Under the pieces are notes generated by a model, which worked only from the letters and a program-made list of their open reading frames with translations, searched no databases and had not been told where the DNA came from. A stretch of 64,000 nucleotides of DNA from Chiloscyllium plagiosum (lineage: Eukaryota), in assembly GCF_004010195.1 (NCBI RefSeq), contig NC_057719.1:54904973-54968972 (forward strand), written 5' to 3'. Positions 26,538-39,020 of this stretch are shown here, piece after piece (position 1 is the first letter of the stretch; every line of letters starts with the position of its first letter). A program made the position numbers and the translations under genes.

Positions 26538-29236
26538 TGCTGGAAAATGTGACTAGTAGCATTGACTTGACATCTTATTTCTCTCAAATTTCTCACCACA
26601 GCCCACACTGATCAGTTTTCACCCAATGTCTTTATTTCTTTTATTCCAAGAAGTGGACTTATTGATTTTATTCTGGACATGTAGCCATTTCTTATTGTTC
26701 ACAACAAAGGTTCAGACACTTTTGTGAACATACTAACTAATTATTGACTTAAGGCCACAAAATCATATCTGCATATTAGATCAAAAATTCTGCCTACTTT
26801 ACAGCTGAAATGTTCCAGTCAGCTGGAAACTATATGGCAGTGTTCACCAGAGAAACAGGATCTGTATCAAGAGAGTTAACAGGAGAGTAAATGAACATGT
26901 GGCTGCTCATTTTATGCCTGTAAAATGGGCACTATTTCTCCAATTATCCAATACTGGGTGTCATGACAGATCAGTATTGGAAATATGCCAGATGTCATGT
27001 TGACTGAGGCAACTTCCAGTCCAGGTCATTTGCCTGAAATAAATGTTGGGCTCCTTAAATATGCAAATGAGGCTCTTCTGCCCATTCTAGGACCTCAGGT
27101 ACATAATTTTGGTACAAACAGTTTAGACTGCTCCTTGAAAAACAATGGGAATATCTTTTACCCCATAGCTATTTTACATTTAGGATTAGGCTGGATTTCC
27201 ATCTGAATGAAATCAATTTAGAGCAAGTCAGAATTTCATAACAATAATTAGGGACAACTCGTATATTTTGTTTACCTTCGGTTTTACAAATGCTATGGTT
27301 TCTATTAGATTTTCCTGCTTCACTTGAATTCTGTTTTGAAAAGGAGTGAGGCAGTCAACAGTACACAGGGAACCATTAAAATCCCTCTCTGTATCTGCTT
27401 GTTTCAGTCTACAGCTTGGAGAACAGCTGCACTTGCATCCTACTGAGACAGTGCAGTGTAAATGGGGTCACTCAACTAGTTGACATATTAAATTCTACCA
27501 TCTGATTTTGAATAGATTTCATTCTCGCATGCAGGACTATGAGTGCCACCACCTGTGAACAGTGGGAACGGTAACAATTACTGATGGTATCCATGCTGCA
27601 CGATGCAGGTGTTCCTTTCCTTATTCCAGTGAGGAAAAATGTAGATGAAAGTAATGACGATACCTTCAGGGACAGTTAAAATATTACCTGCCTCAAGGGG
27701 ACATTTTTAAAACTGTTAATTATTCTGTTATTTCTGCTGTTATACTGAGTACATTCCACATATTTTATATAATTTAACTCTTTCACCATTAAATTACGTA
27801 CCTTTGTTCTTGTTAATACATCAAGAGAAAGATTAACATCTTTAATTAATACTTAAATTAATACTTTTTGTACAAATTAACATTTGGTTTGAATAATACA
27901 TAAGCACGTACAGGTGTGCAATGTACACTTCTTTCCCAGATATTCCAATAATAGATTAGCTAATCACTTTTATAATTTATGATTGTTATGTTCATAATTC
28001 AACCATTACAAATGACTTATTCTGCAGTCATTTCCTTCGTAATAATTAGCACTTAATATTTATAATTTCTGATTTACTAGTAGCTTTCCAACTGAATCTT
28101 TTGTGGTTTGCCATAATGGACTCAATTTAATATTCTTCATTATCTGCTTTAATGGACTTTATCACAGGAAAATGTGCTAACCTTCATTCAGTACTGCAAG
28201 AGCTGGAAAGCTTCCTTCACACCTGAAGCAGCATAAGGTGCAGACAGCTGCATCAAATACAAAGGATCCGACCAAAGCCTCTAATTTGTGAAGGAATTGC
28301 CTTCCTTTGACTGTGAAGATATTTGTACTTTAGAACCCTTCAGCAACCTTGCTATGCTGTCACAAAGATTCTCCCCATAAATAGCATAGAGTGGGCAGAG
28401 TTCAATTGGTAGAAGATCAATAGATAGAAGAAAGAAAGAAGGCAAGAAAGAAGATGGCCAGTAGACAGAGTCCATTGCAGTTTCAAGTTACTTCATCTAA
28501 AATGGTTTCTTAACAATGTAACAGTAATATAGACAAGGTTAAATCTTAGCTTAACATGCATAGTCAGTGGAGGAAACAATATCCAAGGTCTCAGATACTC
28601 AAAGGACCTCTGCAGATTTCCCTTTTGGAAACCCACGTGTCTCTGTATACAGCCATCAGCATTATGTTGCACATGCAAAGACAGGCAATGAAGCCAGATG
28701 CCTTTGCTAGACCAGTGTTAATGATGAAGGAGCCCAGCCAATTTGTACTGAGTGATATGCTTCCAGCATTTGACTGCTCATTTAATTCCACAGAAGGAGT
28801 GGTATCTGGCTTAAATGCCGGATCCAGTGGAACATGCAGTGCCTGTCAGGTATGCACTTGAATCTGCAATCCATTCCAAAGCCCTAGCATCAAAGTGAGA
28901 GACAACTTCAACCTCACTACAGGGTCTCCTTCATCTCAAGCAGACAGGGTGGTATCAACAAGTACCACAGGGAGGAGAAGCACCAGCCAGAAAGCCCAGG
29001 AATGTCATTGCAGCATACTGCAGACTTTTCCTGCCTTTCCACTTCCTCTTGCAGGTCAGGCTAAGGAGAGTGCTCCTCTTCTTGTGTAGGGACTCTTGGC
29101 AGGTCAATGATCAGCACTAAATTTATCACAGTCACCAAGGCATGAAGGGCAGCAGAATGTTTACATTTCAGCTATGGATGGAGACGAGATGGTGTTTGGC
29201 AAGCTTGAAGTTGAGAACATGAGTGTTTATTGAATA

Positions 29237-29456
29237 TAGTCAGTTCTTCTGTAACATGATGATTGCATTCTTGTCTAACTCTGCACTATAGAAGAATCGC
29301 ACTTTAGAAACAGCACTTAAAGTGTTGGTGAGGCAATCACATTACAACCAACACGTGTTTTAAAAGTTCACACTTTAGAAACAGTGCCCCCAGTTTGTCG
29401 ATCACATTATAGTGAATTCGTGTTGACAAAACGCACATTGTAGCAGAATGACGTGT
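29237..29456. mobile_element. Old pogo/Tigger-like MITE
   Basis: Imperfect terminal inverted repeats (gtcagttcttctgtaaca / tgtagcagaatgac) and the internal repeat cactttagaaacag. Confidence 0.4.
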
Positions 29457-29574
29457 GCTCATTTTGTGATGAAAGATGTGTGATGTACAAATACATATAT
29501 TTTCTTGTGAAGGGCTTTAATAATTAACTTGGTCAATTTATTCTGAACCATAATTTTAAATCAGTATGTATCAG

Positions 29575-29912
29575 AGGCAATGGCATTGTGGTATTATCAC
29601 TGGATTATTAATCCAGAGACCCAGGTAATGTCCCGGGGAACCAGGTTCACAATCTGCCATGACAGATGGTGGAATTTGAATTAAATAAAAATCTGGAATT
29701 AAGAGTCTAATGAAAATAATGAAAACGTTGCCGATTATTGGGGAAAAGCAACATGTTGCACATGCAGAGACCCAGCTGGGTCACTAATATCCTCTGGGGA
29801 GGGGAATTGCCATCCTCAACTGGTATAGTATATGTGTGACTCCAGACCCATCTTAACTGCCCTCTGGGCAATTAAAGGTGGGCCAGTGATGCCCTCATCC
29901 TGTGAATGAATT
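29575..29912 (+). mobile_element. tRNA-derived SINE sharing its 3' tail with the LINE at 31265-31660
   Basis: Head ggcaatggcattgtggtattatcactgga; tail gccagtgatgccctcatcctgtgaatgaa; partial copies at ~40165, 42465-42640 and 60580-60710 (-). Confidence 0.65.
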
Positions 29913-29989
29913 ACTATTTTCGAAAAAAGGGGACAGATGGTTGGAAACCTCCTGATGAGTTAATAGAAGTCTGCTTATATTGCAGCATC

Positions 29990-30679
29990 TATGATAAGAA
30001 AGAGAAGAGAATGAAATATATTCGGTTTTTTTAGGATTTTACATTTTCAATTATTGTTTCTTGGTTAGAGAACCCAGAAATGGGAAAGCCAGTGGTTCAG
30101 TTTGAAGGAGACTGGACTGAAGTCAGCTGTAAGAATGGTTTATCATGGGGAAAAATAGAGTTTGTTCAGAACTGCTAAGGGAATAACTTATCTCAGGCTA
30201 AGAATGTAGTTTCTGAAACATCAGGAGTGTTTGGTTGTAACTCTGCAGATTATTAAAGGACTGAGGAAGCCCAAGTCCTCGGTTGTGTGAGCAGTCAAGG
30301 GAAGATCTCATAGCTCACAGGACTGGAACCCAAAAGAAACAGTTAGGTCAACTTACAGATTTGATAAGGAAAGAAATATTCTCAATTTTAATTAACTGTA
30401 AAGTCATGGTGTTTTGGTAACAGATGGGATTTTGTTTTGCTTGGTGTTTAAAATCTTTTAAATTATGTTACATTGGATCCTTCAGCTGGTTTTAGTTTTG
30501 CTTTATTTATCTTTTGTAATAAAATTCTACTTTATTGTTAAAATCAAATCTTTTGCCTTGTGTGTTAATGTTTCAGTGAAAGGTCGCAATATTTTATAAA
30601 AACAAAAATAGAACTATCAAACCAGATTTCATTCTGGGATCTAACTTGTTCAGTAGTGACATCAGCTGGGATAATAACA
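29990..30679 (+). mobile_element. Probable solo LTR
   Basis: LTR-like composition with a polyA signal and a terminal ..cagctgggataataaca; boundaries uncertain. Confidence 0.35.
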
Positions 30680-31264
30680 ACTTGCACTACTCTAATATTT
30701 GCTACAGAATCAGATTACACATGTAGGTGCTGATATGGTCATGTAACGAGAAAGGAGATTCCTCCATCAGAACACAATTTTGTTTTTCAGTCATCACATT
30801 TTCTATTGCCACATATCATCAACAAAGTGTGTCTACGTCTTTTCATGACCCAGAGATATATAGCCCCAATGTTTAAGGACGGCAGTTGAGGCTCAGAAGA
30901 TTTATTTCAGTGACCTTGTCCAATGAGATTAAAGTGAGGAAACTAAGCCACTATATTATGGACAGTGCAGAGACAATCAATGTGTGTAATGGAGAAATGT
31001 GGATAGTGTCTGCAGGGTTCCGGAGGTAAGATTTTTCTCCCAAATGGGGTTTCTGTAGCCATGCAAGAAATTGTTACAATAAGAGGTAAGCAACACACTA
31101 CTGAGATATTGTGGACTTCATTCTTTTGGGAGGATGGGAAAGAAATTTTTGGCTTTGTCTCAAAATAGCAGCAAAGATTTACATGTAAAGTAATGCAAGC
31201 ATAGTGTTGAAGATGTTTGACAATTACAGCAATTGACATTCAGGAAAATGTATCTCATCCATGA

Positions 31265-31660
31265 GCATCCACTCCTTCCACCACTGATGCTCAGTGGCAG
31301 CAGTGTGTACTATCTGCAAGACGCACTGCAGATATTTGCCCAGAATCTTTCGACTGTAGTTTCCAAATATGTGTTCAATTCCATCTAGAAGGACAAGGAA
31401 AGCAGATACATGGGATCACCACCACTTGCAAGTTCCCCTCCAAGTCAATCACCATCCTGACTTGGAAATATATTACCATTCCTTCACTGTTGCTGGGGCA
31501 AAATCCTGGAACTCTGCTTTACGGATATTGTGGGTCAACCTACAGCATGTAGATTACAGTGGTTCAAGAAGGCAGCTCACCACCACCTTCTCAAGGGCAA
31601 CTAGGTATGGGCAATAAATGCTGGAGCTCAGCCATTGATGCCCACATCCCATGAATAAAT
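31265..31660 (+). mobile_element. CR1/L2-type LINE 3' end (second copy ~58680-58927)
   Basis: SFTVAGAKSWNS..L...GSRRQLTTTFSRATR C-terminal remnant plus 3' UTR. Confidence 0.7.
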
Positions 31661-32043
31661 AGTTTTTTAAATTAAGCAACTAACATTCTCCACAGCAGTA
31701 CAGGTACATGGATAAAGGACGAGTTACATCAGCAAAGACGTGGGAGAATTTGAAAGCATTCTTCAGTGTTCATGTGCCTTAACTCCATTTCCTTTGTTTG
31801 AAGTAAGTTCATGGGACTACACCATGCTGGTACACCGTACACCTGTGTGCAATTAACCAAAAAGGCTGTTCATGCAGTTTCATGCTTCTGAGTGATCACA
31901 GTACCAACACATTAAAAGTCAAGCAAGATCCCTTTATTTAAAACAAGAGTGCAAGTTAAATGGTTTCCCATCAGTGATCTACATCCCAAGAAGGAAGCAG
32001 CAGCCTCCCAGTCAACCAGTTTCCATGAATCATAAATAAAAAG

Positions 32044-32351
32044 GTGTGTGTGTGATTGTGATGTAGATAGTATAGTATATGGGTGTCAGGGTCTCTGTGT
32101 GTGTGTGTGGTGTGGGGGGATTGTTGAGATGGATAGTATAGTGTATGGGTGTGTGAGTCTGTGTGTGGTGTGGGGGATTGTATGGATGGATAAAGTAGTG
32201 TATGGGTGTGTGGGTTTGTGTGTGTTGGAATATGTTACAGCATGTGGGTGCGTGACCTTGATGTGTGGGCTGAGTGTTTGTGGATGTATGTATGTAGCTA
32301 TGTGAATTAGTGCACATACGTCATATGTGGCTGTTAGTGTGTGTGTGTGTA
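32044..32351. repeat. Compound TG-rich microsatellite with ~55-65 bp higher-order units
   Basis: Recurring gatagtatagt(g/a)tatgggtgt units within (TG)n. Confidence 0.85.
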
Positions 32352-32544
32352 TAAACACCGCTGTAAGTTAGAGTCAGTGTCATCAAGGTCTACAGCGCAG
32401 AAAAAGGCCCTTTAGCTCATCAAATGTGTGCTGACCAAAAAGAAGCACATAACTATTCTAATCCCATTTTCCAGTACTTTGCCTCTAGCCTTGTATGCCT
32501 TGGTATTGCTCGTCACATCAAAACACTTCTGAGGTTTACTGGCA

Positions 32545-32636
32545 GTCCTGAAGAAGCGTTACACCCAAAACATTGACTTCTTCACCTCCTGATACTGCCT
32601 GGCTTGCTGTGTTATTCCAGCCTCCTGCCTGTCTAC
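32545..32636 (+). mobile_element. Penelope-like solo pLTR
   Basis: gtcctgaagaagcgttacacccaaaacattgac; same family as 42280-42462. Confidence 0.65.
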
Positions 32637-33242
32637 CACCTTACAGGTAGTGAGTTCCAGATTCCCACCATCTTCTGCATGGAAACATTTTTCCCCACAT
32701 CCTCTGTAAACCTCTTGGCCCTTACCTTGAATCAATGGCATCTGATCATTGATCCCTGCACCATGAGCAAACTTCCTTCTTTTATGGTCCCATGACTTTA
32801 TACATCAGTCATGCCCCCCTCAGTCTCCTCTGCTTCAAGGAAAGCCCCAGTCTACCCAATCTCTCTTTATAACCAAACAATCTCTCCAGTCCATGCAACT
32901 TCCTGGTAAAGCTCCTCTGCCACTCTCTCCTGTGCAATCACATAACCAGCTAATCACCATTGAATCCACAAGAGACATCAGATGACTTTTGGAAGCCATG
33001 TTTAACATCATCTTGCTGCCATGTTTAACATCATTTTTGCTTCCATGTTTTGAAAGGGAATTGCAGTTTGTTATAAAATATATATTATTCTGATGCAATG
33101 TTATAAGATTCCAGAAATGCACAAAATACCCTAGCTGTGGCCTGCCTAGTATTTTATACAATTCCAGAATTACTTCTCTATTCTTAAACTCTATGCCTCA
33201 GTATTAAAGGCAGTATTCCATAACCACTTAATAACCATTTGT

Positions 33243-33554
33243 GGGTGGCACGGTGGCACAGTGGCTAGCACTGCTGCCTCACAGCGCCAGAGACCCGGGT
33301 TCGTTTCTCGCCTCAGGCGACTGACTGTGTGGAGTTTGCACATTCTCCCCGTGTCTGCGTGGGTTTCCTCCGGGTGCTCCGGTTTCCTCCCACAATCCAA
33401 AGATGTGCAGGTCAGGTGAATTGGCCATGCTAAATTGCCCGTAGTGTTAGGTAAGGGGTAAATGTAGGGGTATGGGTGGGTTGCGCTTCGGTGGGGCGGT
33501 GTGGACTTATTGGGCCAAAAGGCCTGTTTCCACACTGTAAGTAATCTAATCTAA
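33243..33554 (+). mobile_element. HE1-type V-SINE, full length
   Basis: tRNA head, V-domain and (taatc)n tail. Confidence 0.92.
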
Positions 33555-34298
33555 AACCACTTTGCCTACCCATCCTGCTACCTTAATGGACCAGTGGTCA
33601 TGCTCACCAAGGTCCGGTTGATCCTTGAGCGCTTCCCAGGGTCCTATGTTCATCATGTATTCCCTTGCATTGTTTGTCCTATTCAAATGCATCTCCTCCT
33701 TTATCCAGATTGAACTGCATTTTCCACTGTTGAGCCTATCTGACCAGCTCACCAAGAACCTCCTACAGTCTAAGGCCATCCTCCTCAGTATTTACCACCT
33801 CAACCAATCTTGATATTATCCACAAACTGATCAACTTATTTATTCCTACAGTCAAGTCTAAATGGTTATATGTAGTATAAATAAGTAGTATAAATAATAT
33901 ATATGTAGTAAGGGACCTATTACTGACCCTATGAATCCCCAGTGGACACTGGTTTCCAGTCACAAAAACACCTTGCCACCATCACCCTTTGCTTCCTGCC
34001 ATTCAGCCATTTCTGGGACACTTCTTCAAAGACCGCAATTTCCCCTCAGACGTGGTTGACGATGCTCTCTACTGCATCTCCTCCACTTCCAACCCCTCCG
34101 CCCTTGAATCCTGCCCTTCCATATGGCCACCAGGACAGAACCCCACTGGTCCTCACCTACCACCCCACCAACCTCCAGATACATCGTATCATCCTTCGTC
34201 ATTTCCGCCACCTCCAAACAGACCCCTCCCCTATCAGCGTTCTGGAAAGACCACTCCCTCCGTGACTCCCTCATCAGGTCCACACTCCCCACCAACCC

Positions 34299-34656
34299 NN
34301 NNNNNNNNNNNNNNNNNNNNNNNNNNNNNNNNNNNNNNNNNNNNNNNNNNNNNNNNNNNNNNNNNNNNNNNNNNNNNNNNNNNNNNNNNNNNNNNNNNNN
34401 NNNNNNNNNNNNNNNNNNNNNNNNNNNNNNNNNNNNNNNNNNNNNNNNNNNNNNNNNNNNNNNNNNNNNNNNNNNNNNNNNNNNNNNNNNNNNNNNNNNN
34501 NNNNNNNNNNNNNNNNNNNNNNNNNNNNNNNNNNNNNNNNNNNNNNNNNNNNNNNNNNNNNNNNNNNNNNNNNNNNNNNNNNNNNNNNNNNNNNNNNNNN
34601 NNNNNNNNNNNNNNNNNNNNNNNNNNNNNNNNNNNNNNNNNNNNNNNNNNNNNNNN
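34299..34656. other. Assembly gap (N run)
   Basis: 358 consecutive n. Confidence 1.
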
Positions 34657-34768
34657 TCCGGCCTATCACCCTCACCTTAACCTCCTTCCACCTATTGCAT
34701 TCCCAACGCCCCTCCCCCAAGTCCCTCCTCCCTACCTTTTATCTTAGCCTGCTTGGCACACCTTCCTC

Positions 34769-34804
34769 ATTCCTGAAGAAGGGCTTATGCCCGAAACGTC
34801 GATT
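34769..34804 (+). ncRNA. Minimal type I hammerhead ribozyme motif with intact core
   Basis: AUUC-CUGAAGA-A-GGGC-UUAU-GCCC-GAAA-CGUC-GAUU; predicted cleavage after C34800. Confidence 0.7.
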
Positions 34805-36136
34805 CTCCTGCTTCTTGGATGCTGCCTGACCTGCTGCGCTTTTCCAGCAACACATGTTTCAGCATTATCTCCAGCATCTGCAGTCGTCACTTTCTCCTAG
34901 CCATTTCTGGATCCAATTAGTCAAATTTCCTTGCTCTTGCTATTAGTCTCCCATGTGGATCTTATCAAAAGCATGGCAGAAGGTCAAGTAGATTACATCA
35001 AAAGCATTGCCCTCATCGAGAAGCCTGGTCACCTCTTGAAAAATTTAATCAAGTTGGGCAGACATGACCTCCTCTTATCAAACAATACTGACTGTCCTTG
35101 ATTTCTCTGTACCACTCCAAGTGCAGAATAACTTTCCAAGTTGCTTAAGTAAAAGTGTTAAAATTGCTAGGTAAATACTTAAAAGGATGAAATGCAGATT
35201 ACGATAAAAGGATGATCATTAATTCTTTCAGATATTGTTGCAAACCTCAAAGCTTGTAATTGAAATTTTGGATGTTTGGAGTCAAGGGTGGGAGTTGCAA
35301 AGATATGTTCTGCAGCTACAATGGCCTGTGTTGTTGAATAGTCAGAGTTTGGAGTTGACTCATTAGAGCATCTTTAAAGAGTGAATGAATGTCCTGATCT
35401 TACTGATTCAGAAGGCACACACAGAAAACTGCTTTGTTTCCTTGCCGCAGAAAAGGGTGATTTTCGGGCACCATCGATAACTCTTGGTTACAGAGAAAGA
35501 CAACCCAACCCTTGTTGTTCCCTTAGCTCAGTTGAACCACTGCCTGGAACTGTTTTCATAGCTTCGCCTTGAGATCTCTGCACAAAATTACTGTTCCTAA
35601 CCAGACTTTATCTCTAACGAAGGCTCTTCAACTCCTTATGTAGAGACACACTCCTTAATTTACATTTGTACATTGTAGGTTATCAAATAGAACTCCGTAG
35701 CATAGTGTCTAAGACGTCTCCCTTCAATCATCCATTCTAGATTGGTGTCTTGTCTCTTACTTATGTCAGAATCATGTGATCAGTTTTATCATTGTGGTTT
35801 AGATGAATGTCATTATGTTTTTTTTTCAATTGAATCTATTTTCCTAATTGACCTACTCAAAGGCATCATTACACACCTCTGGAGCAGGTGGAACTTGAAC
35901 TTGAGTCTCTCAGTTCAGGGGGAGGGACGCTACCTCTGGACCAATAAAAGGTCCTGAAAATGTTAGCCTAGTCTTCCTTCTTGAAATAACTACAATCTGG
36001 TTTCCCCGCCTGGCTAATTACTGTTGAAACCACAGTGGCACCAAATGACTTTTGGAAGCCACCTTTGCTTCCATATTTAGGAAGGGAATTACAGTTTGTT
36101 TTAAAATCTATGTCATTATAACAAGATGCTTATGAT

Positions 36137-39020
36137 ATAAGAACATAAGAACTAGGAGCAGGAGTTGGCTGTCTGGCCCTTCGAGCCTGCTCTGCCACTC
36201 AATAAGATTATGGCTGATCTTTTTGTGGACTCAGCTCCACTTACTCGCATTTTCACCATATCCCTTCATTCCTTTATTTTTCAAAAAATATCTTCCTTAG
36301 CTTTAAAAGTGATAACTGAAGTACTTCTCTGGGCAAGGAATTCCATAATTAACAGCCCTCTGGGTGAAGAAATTTTCTCTCAATTCAGTTCTAAACCTGC
36401 TTCCTTTAATCTTGAGGCTATGCCCTCTTGTCCTAGTTTCACCTACCAGTGGAAACATCCTCTCTGTTCCTATTTCCGTGAATGACATCTCAAGTTCTAA
36501 AAAGAGACAGTGCAAGATAGCAGACGATGACATATCCTTCCTTGATCCTTTCAAAGCTTACTATGCTCGCTTTGAGTAGAATTTCGGTGAAGAGGTAACA
36601 CCAATTCTGACAAGTCCTGATGAACCTATCCCAACAGTCATTGCATCAGACATGAGATCAGTTTTCCTTTGTGTGAATCCAAGGAAAGCAATGGGACCAG
36701 ATGGAGTACCAGGCTGTGCACTCCGAGCATGGGCAGATCAACTGGCAAAGGTCTTCTCGGACATCTTCAACCTCTCCCTGCAGCAGGCTACTGTCCCTGC
36801 CTGTTTCAAGAGGGCCAACATCACGCCTGTGCCTAAGAAGGCTCATGCAACATGCCTCAATGACTGCTGCCCAGTGACCCTAACTTCGGTGGTCATGAAT
36901 TGTTTTGAAAGACTGGTCATGGCATTAATCAACTCCAGCCTCCCCACTACACTTGACCCACTCCAATTTGCCGATCGGACAAACAGATCCACGTCAGACG
37001 CCATATCACTCACCCCTCCCTAGAACATCTTGATACCAAGAACAGCTATGTAGGAATCCTACTCATTGACTCCAGTTCAGCCTTCAACACTATTATCCCT
37101 TCAAGACTGATTACTAAACTTAGTGATCTCGGACTAAACCCATTCTCTGCAACTGGATCCTCAGTTTCCTTACCCACAGGCTACAATCAGTGAAGACTGA
37201 GGACAATATTTCATCGTCACTAACACACAACACTGGAACCCACCAGGGGTGTGCACTCAGCACCCTACTGTACTCACTGTATACCCATTACTGCGCTGCC
37301 AAATACCAGACTAATGCCATTTACAAGTTCGCTGATGACACCACCATAGTCGGTCGAATCTCAGATGGCAACAAAACAGACTACAGACAGGAGGTGGAAG
37401 ACCTGGAAAAATGGTGCACTGAGAACAATCTAATTCTCAATGCCAGCAAAGCCAATGAACTCATTATTGACTTTTCGCGGGATGTTACTCATGCCCCCCT
37501 ACACATCAACAGCACAGAAGTGGAACGAGGGAAGAGTGTCAAGCTCCTGGGAATGGTCATCTACAACAAGCTTTCTTGGACACTTCATGTGGATACACTG
37601 GTTACAAAGGTCCATCAACATCTCTTCTTCCTCAGGCAGCTGAGGAAATTTGGCATGACGGTGAATACCCTTGCCAACTTTTATAGGTGCGCCATTGAGA
37701 GCATTCTGTCTGAATGTATCACTACATGGTATGGCAACTGTACCATTCATGATCAGAGATAATTACAGAGAGTGGTGAACTCGACCCGGACAATCACAAA
37801 GGCCAATGTCCCATCTATGGAATCCATCTACCAGACCCGCTGTCAAGGAAAGGCTGCCAGCATTCTTAAAGATCCATTCCAACCTGGCATTGTTTTTCTA
37901 CAACCTCTACCAACGGGGGGAAGGTACAGAAGCCTGAACACACACACGCAACAGTTTCTACTCTACTGTTGTTAGAATTCTGAATGGGCTCACAAAATTT
38001 TAACATTCGCCTGTACCTGTGTTTTTGTCTTTGCCTCTGTTTACCTATTATTTACTATCTGTGCTACTTAACTATGTCAATTGCCTGTATTGCCCACAAG
38101 GCAAAGCTTTTCACAGTGCCTCAGTACACGTGACAATAAATCCAATTCAATTCAATTCATAATTTTATATGTTTCTATAAGATCCCCCGATTCTTTGAAT
38201 TCCAATGAATATAATCCCAATCTACTCAGTCTCTCCGCATAAGCCAACCCCCTCAACTCCAGAAGTGGGGGAGACCAAATCTGCACACAGTACTCCAGGT
38301 GTGGCCTCATCAGCACCCTGTACAGTTGTAACATTGCCTCTCTGTTTTTAAACACAACCCCTTTAGCAATGAAGGACAAAATTCCATTTGCCTTCCTAAT
38401 TACTTGTTGTACCTGCAGACCAACCTTCTGCGATTCATGCACAAGGACACCCAGATCCCTCTGCACAGCAGCACGCTGCAACTCTTTACCATTCAGATAA
38501 TAATCTATTTTGCTGTTACTCCTAATATTGTATTCCATCTGCCAGACCTTTGCCCACTCACTCAATGTATCTATGTTCCTCTGCAAAGTTTCACAGTTCA
38601 CTGCACATTTTGCTCTGTCAATCATCTTAGTGTCATCAGCAAATTTTGATACTATACACATGGTCATCAACCCCAAATCATCAATATACATTGTAAATAA
38701 TTGTGGTTCCCCCAACACTGATCCCTGTGGGACACCAGTAGTCACTGATTACCAGCCAGAACAGCACTCATTTATCCCCACTCCTTGCTTCCTGTCAGTC
38801 AACTAATCCTCTACACATGCTAATACTCTCCCCCTAACAGCATGCATCTTTATCATATGCAACAGCCTCACGTACAGAACCTTGTCAAAGGTCTTTTGGA
38901 AATTTAGTTACGCCACATTCAGTGGGTCCCCGTTGTCCACCTTGCTTGAAATGTCTTCATAGAATTCCAAAAGATTTGTGAAACATGACCTGCCTTCATA
39001 ACCCATGCTGCATCTATGCA
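36137..39020 (-). mobile_element. CR1 LINE remnant split by a Rex1 insertion
   Basis: GVPQGSVLG, KFADDTK, RPHLEYCVQIWSP and RGHSLKIKGSRFRTELRENFFTQR motifs; ataagaacataagaac tail. Confidence 0.9.
36478..38157 (+). mobile_element. Rex1/Babar LINE (RT domain to 3' end), frameshifted
   Basis: KAMGPDGVPG, PVTLTSVVMNCFERLV, G.HQGCALS, KFADDTT and FYRCAIESIL motifs; (ttcaa)n tail. Confidence 0.9.

Larger units (their letters stand above)
34017..34898 (+). mobile_element. Penelope-like element 3' part, spanning the assembly gap
   Basis: FFKDRNFPSDVV and PLVLTYHPTNLQIHRIILRHFRHLQTDP (PLE linker); pLTR; perfect 12-bp TSD agccatttctgg at 34005-34016 and 34899-34910. Confidence 0.88.
32367..35125 (-). 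mobile_element. CR1 LINE remnant with nested Penelope, SINE and captured sequence
   Basis: Minus-strand CR1 ORF2 remnants (YKILGRPQLGY..HFW) and CR1 3' UTR. Confidence 0.8.

Noticed and set aside
27059..27072. Octamer ATGCAAAT
   Set aside because: Single motif within probable old transposon-derived sequence, with no promoter context
32044..32351. Repeat-spacer-like periodicity (also 41268-41491) and His/Thr-rich ORFs
   Set aside because: Eukaryotic compound microsatellites, not CRISPR arrays or genes
33989..34747. Longest ORFs in the track (252, 185 and 148 aa)
   Set aside because: Open only because of the N gap; the flanks are Penelope sequence
36652..37762. RT ORFs as a potentially active element
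   Set aside because: 5'-truncated, with stops and frameshifts; a dead Rex1 copy
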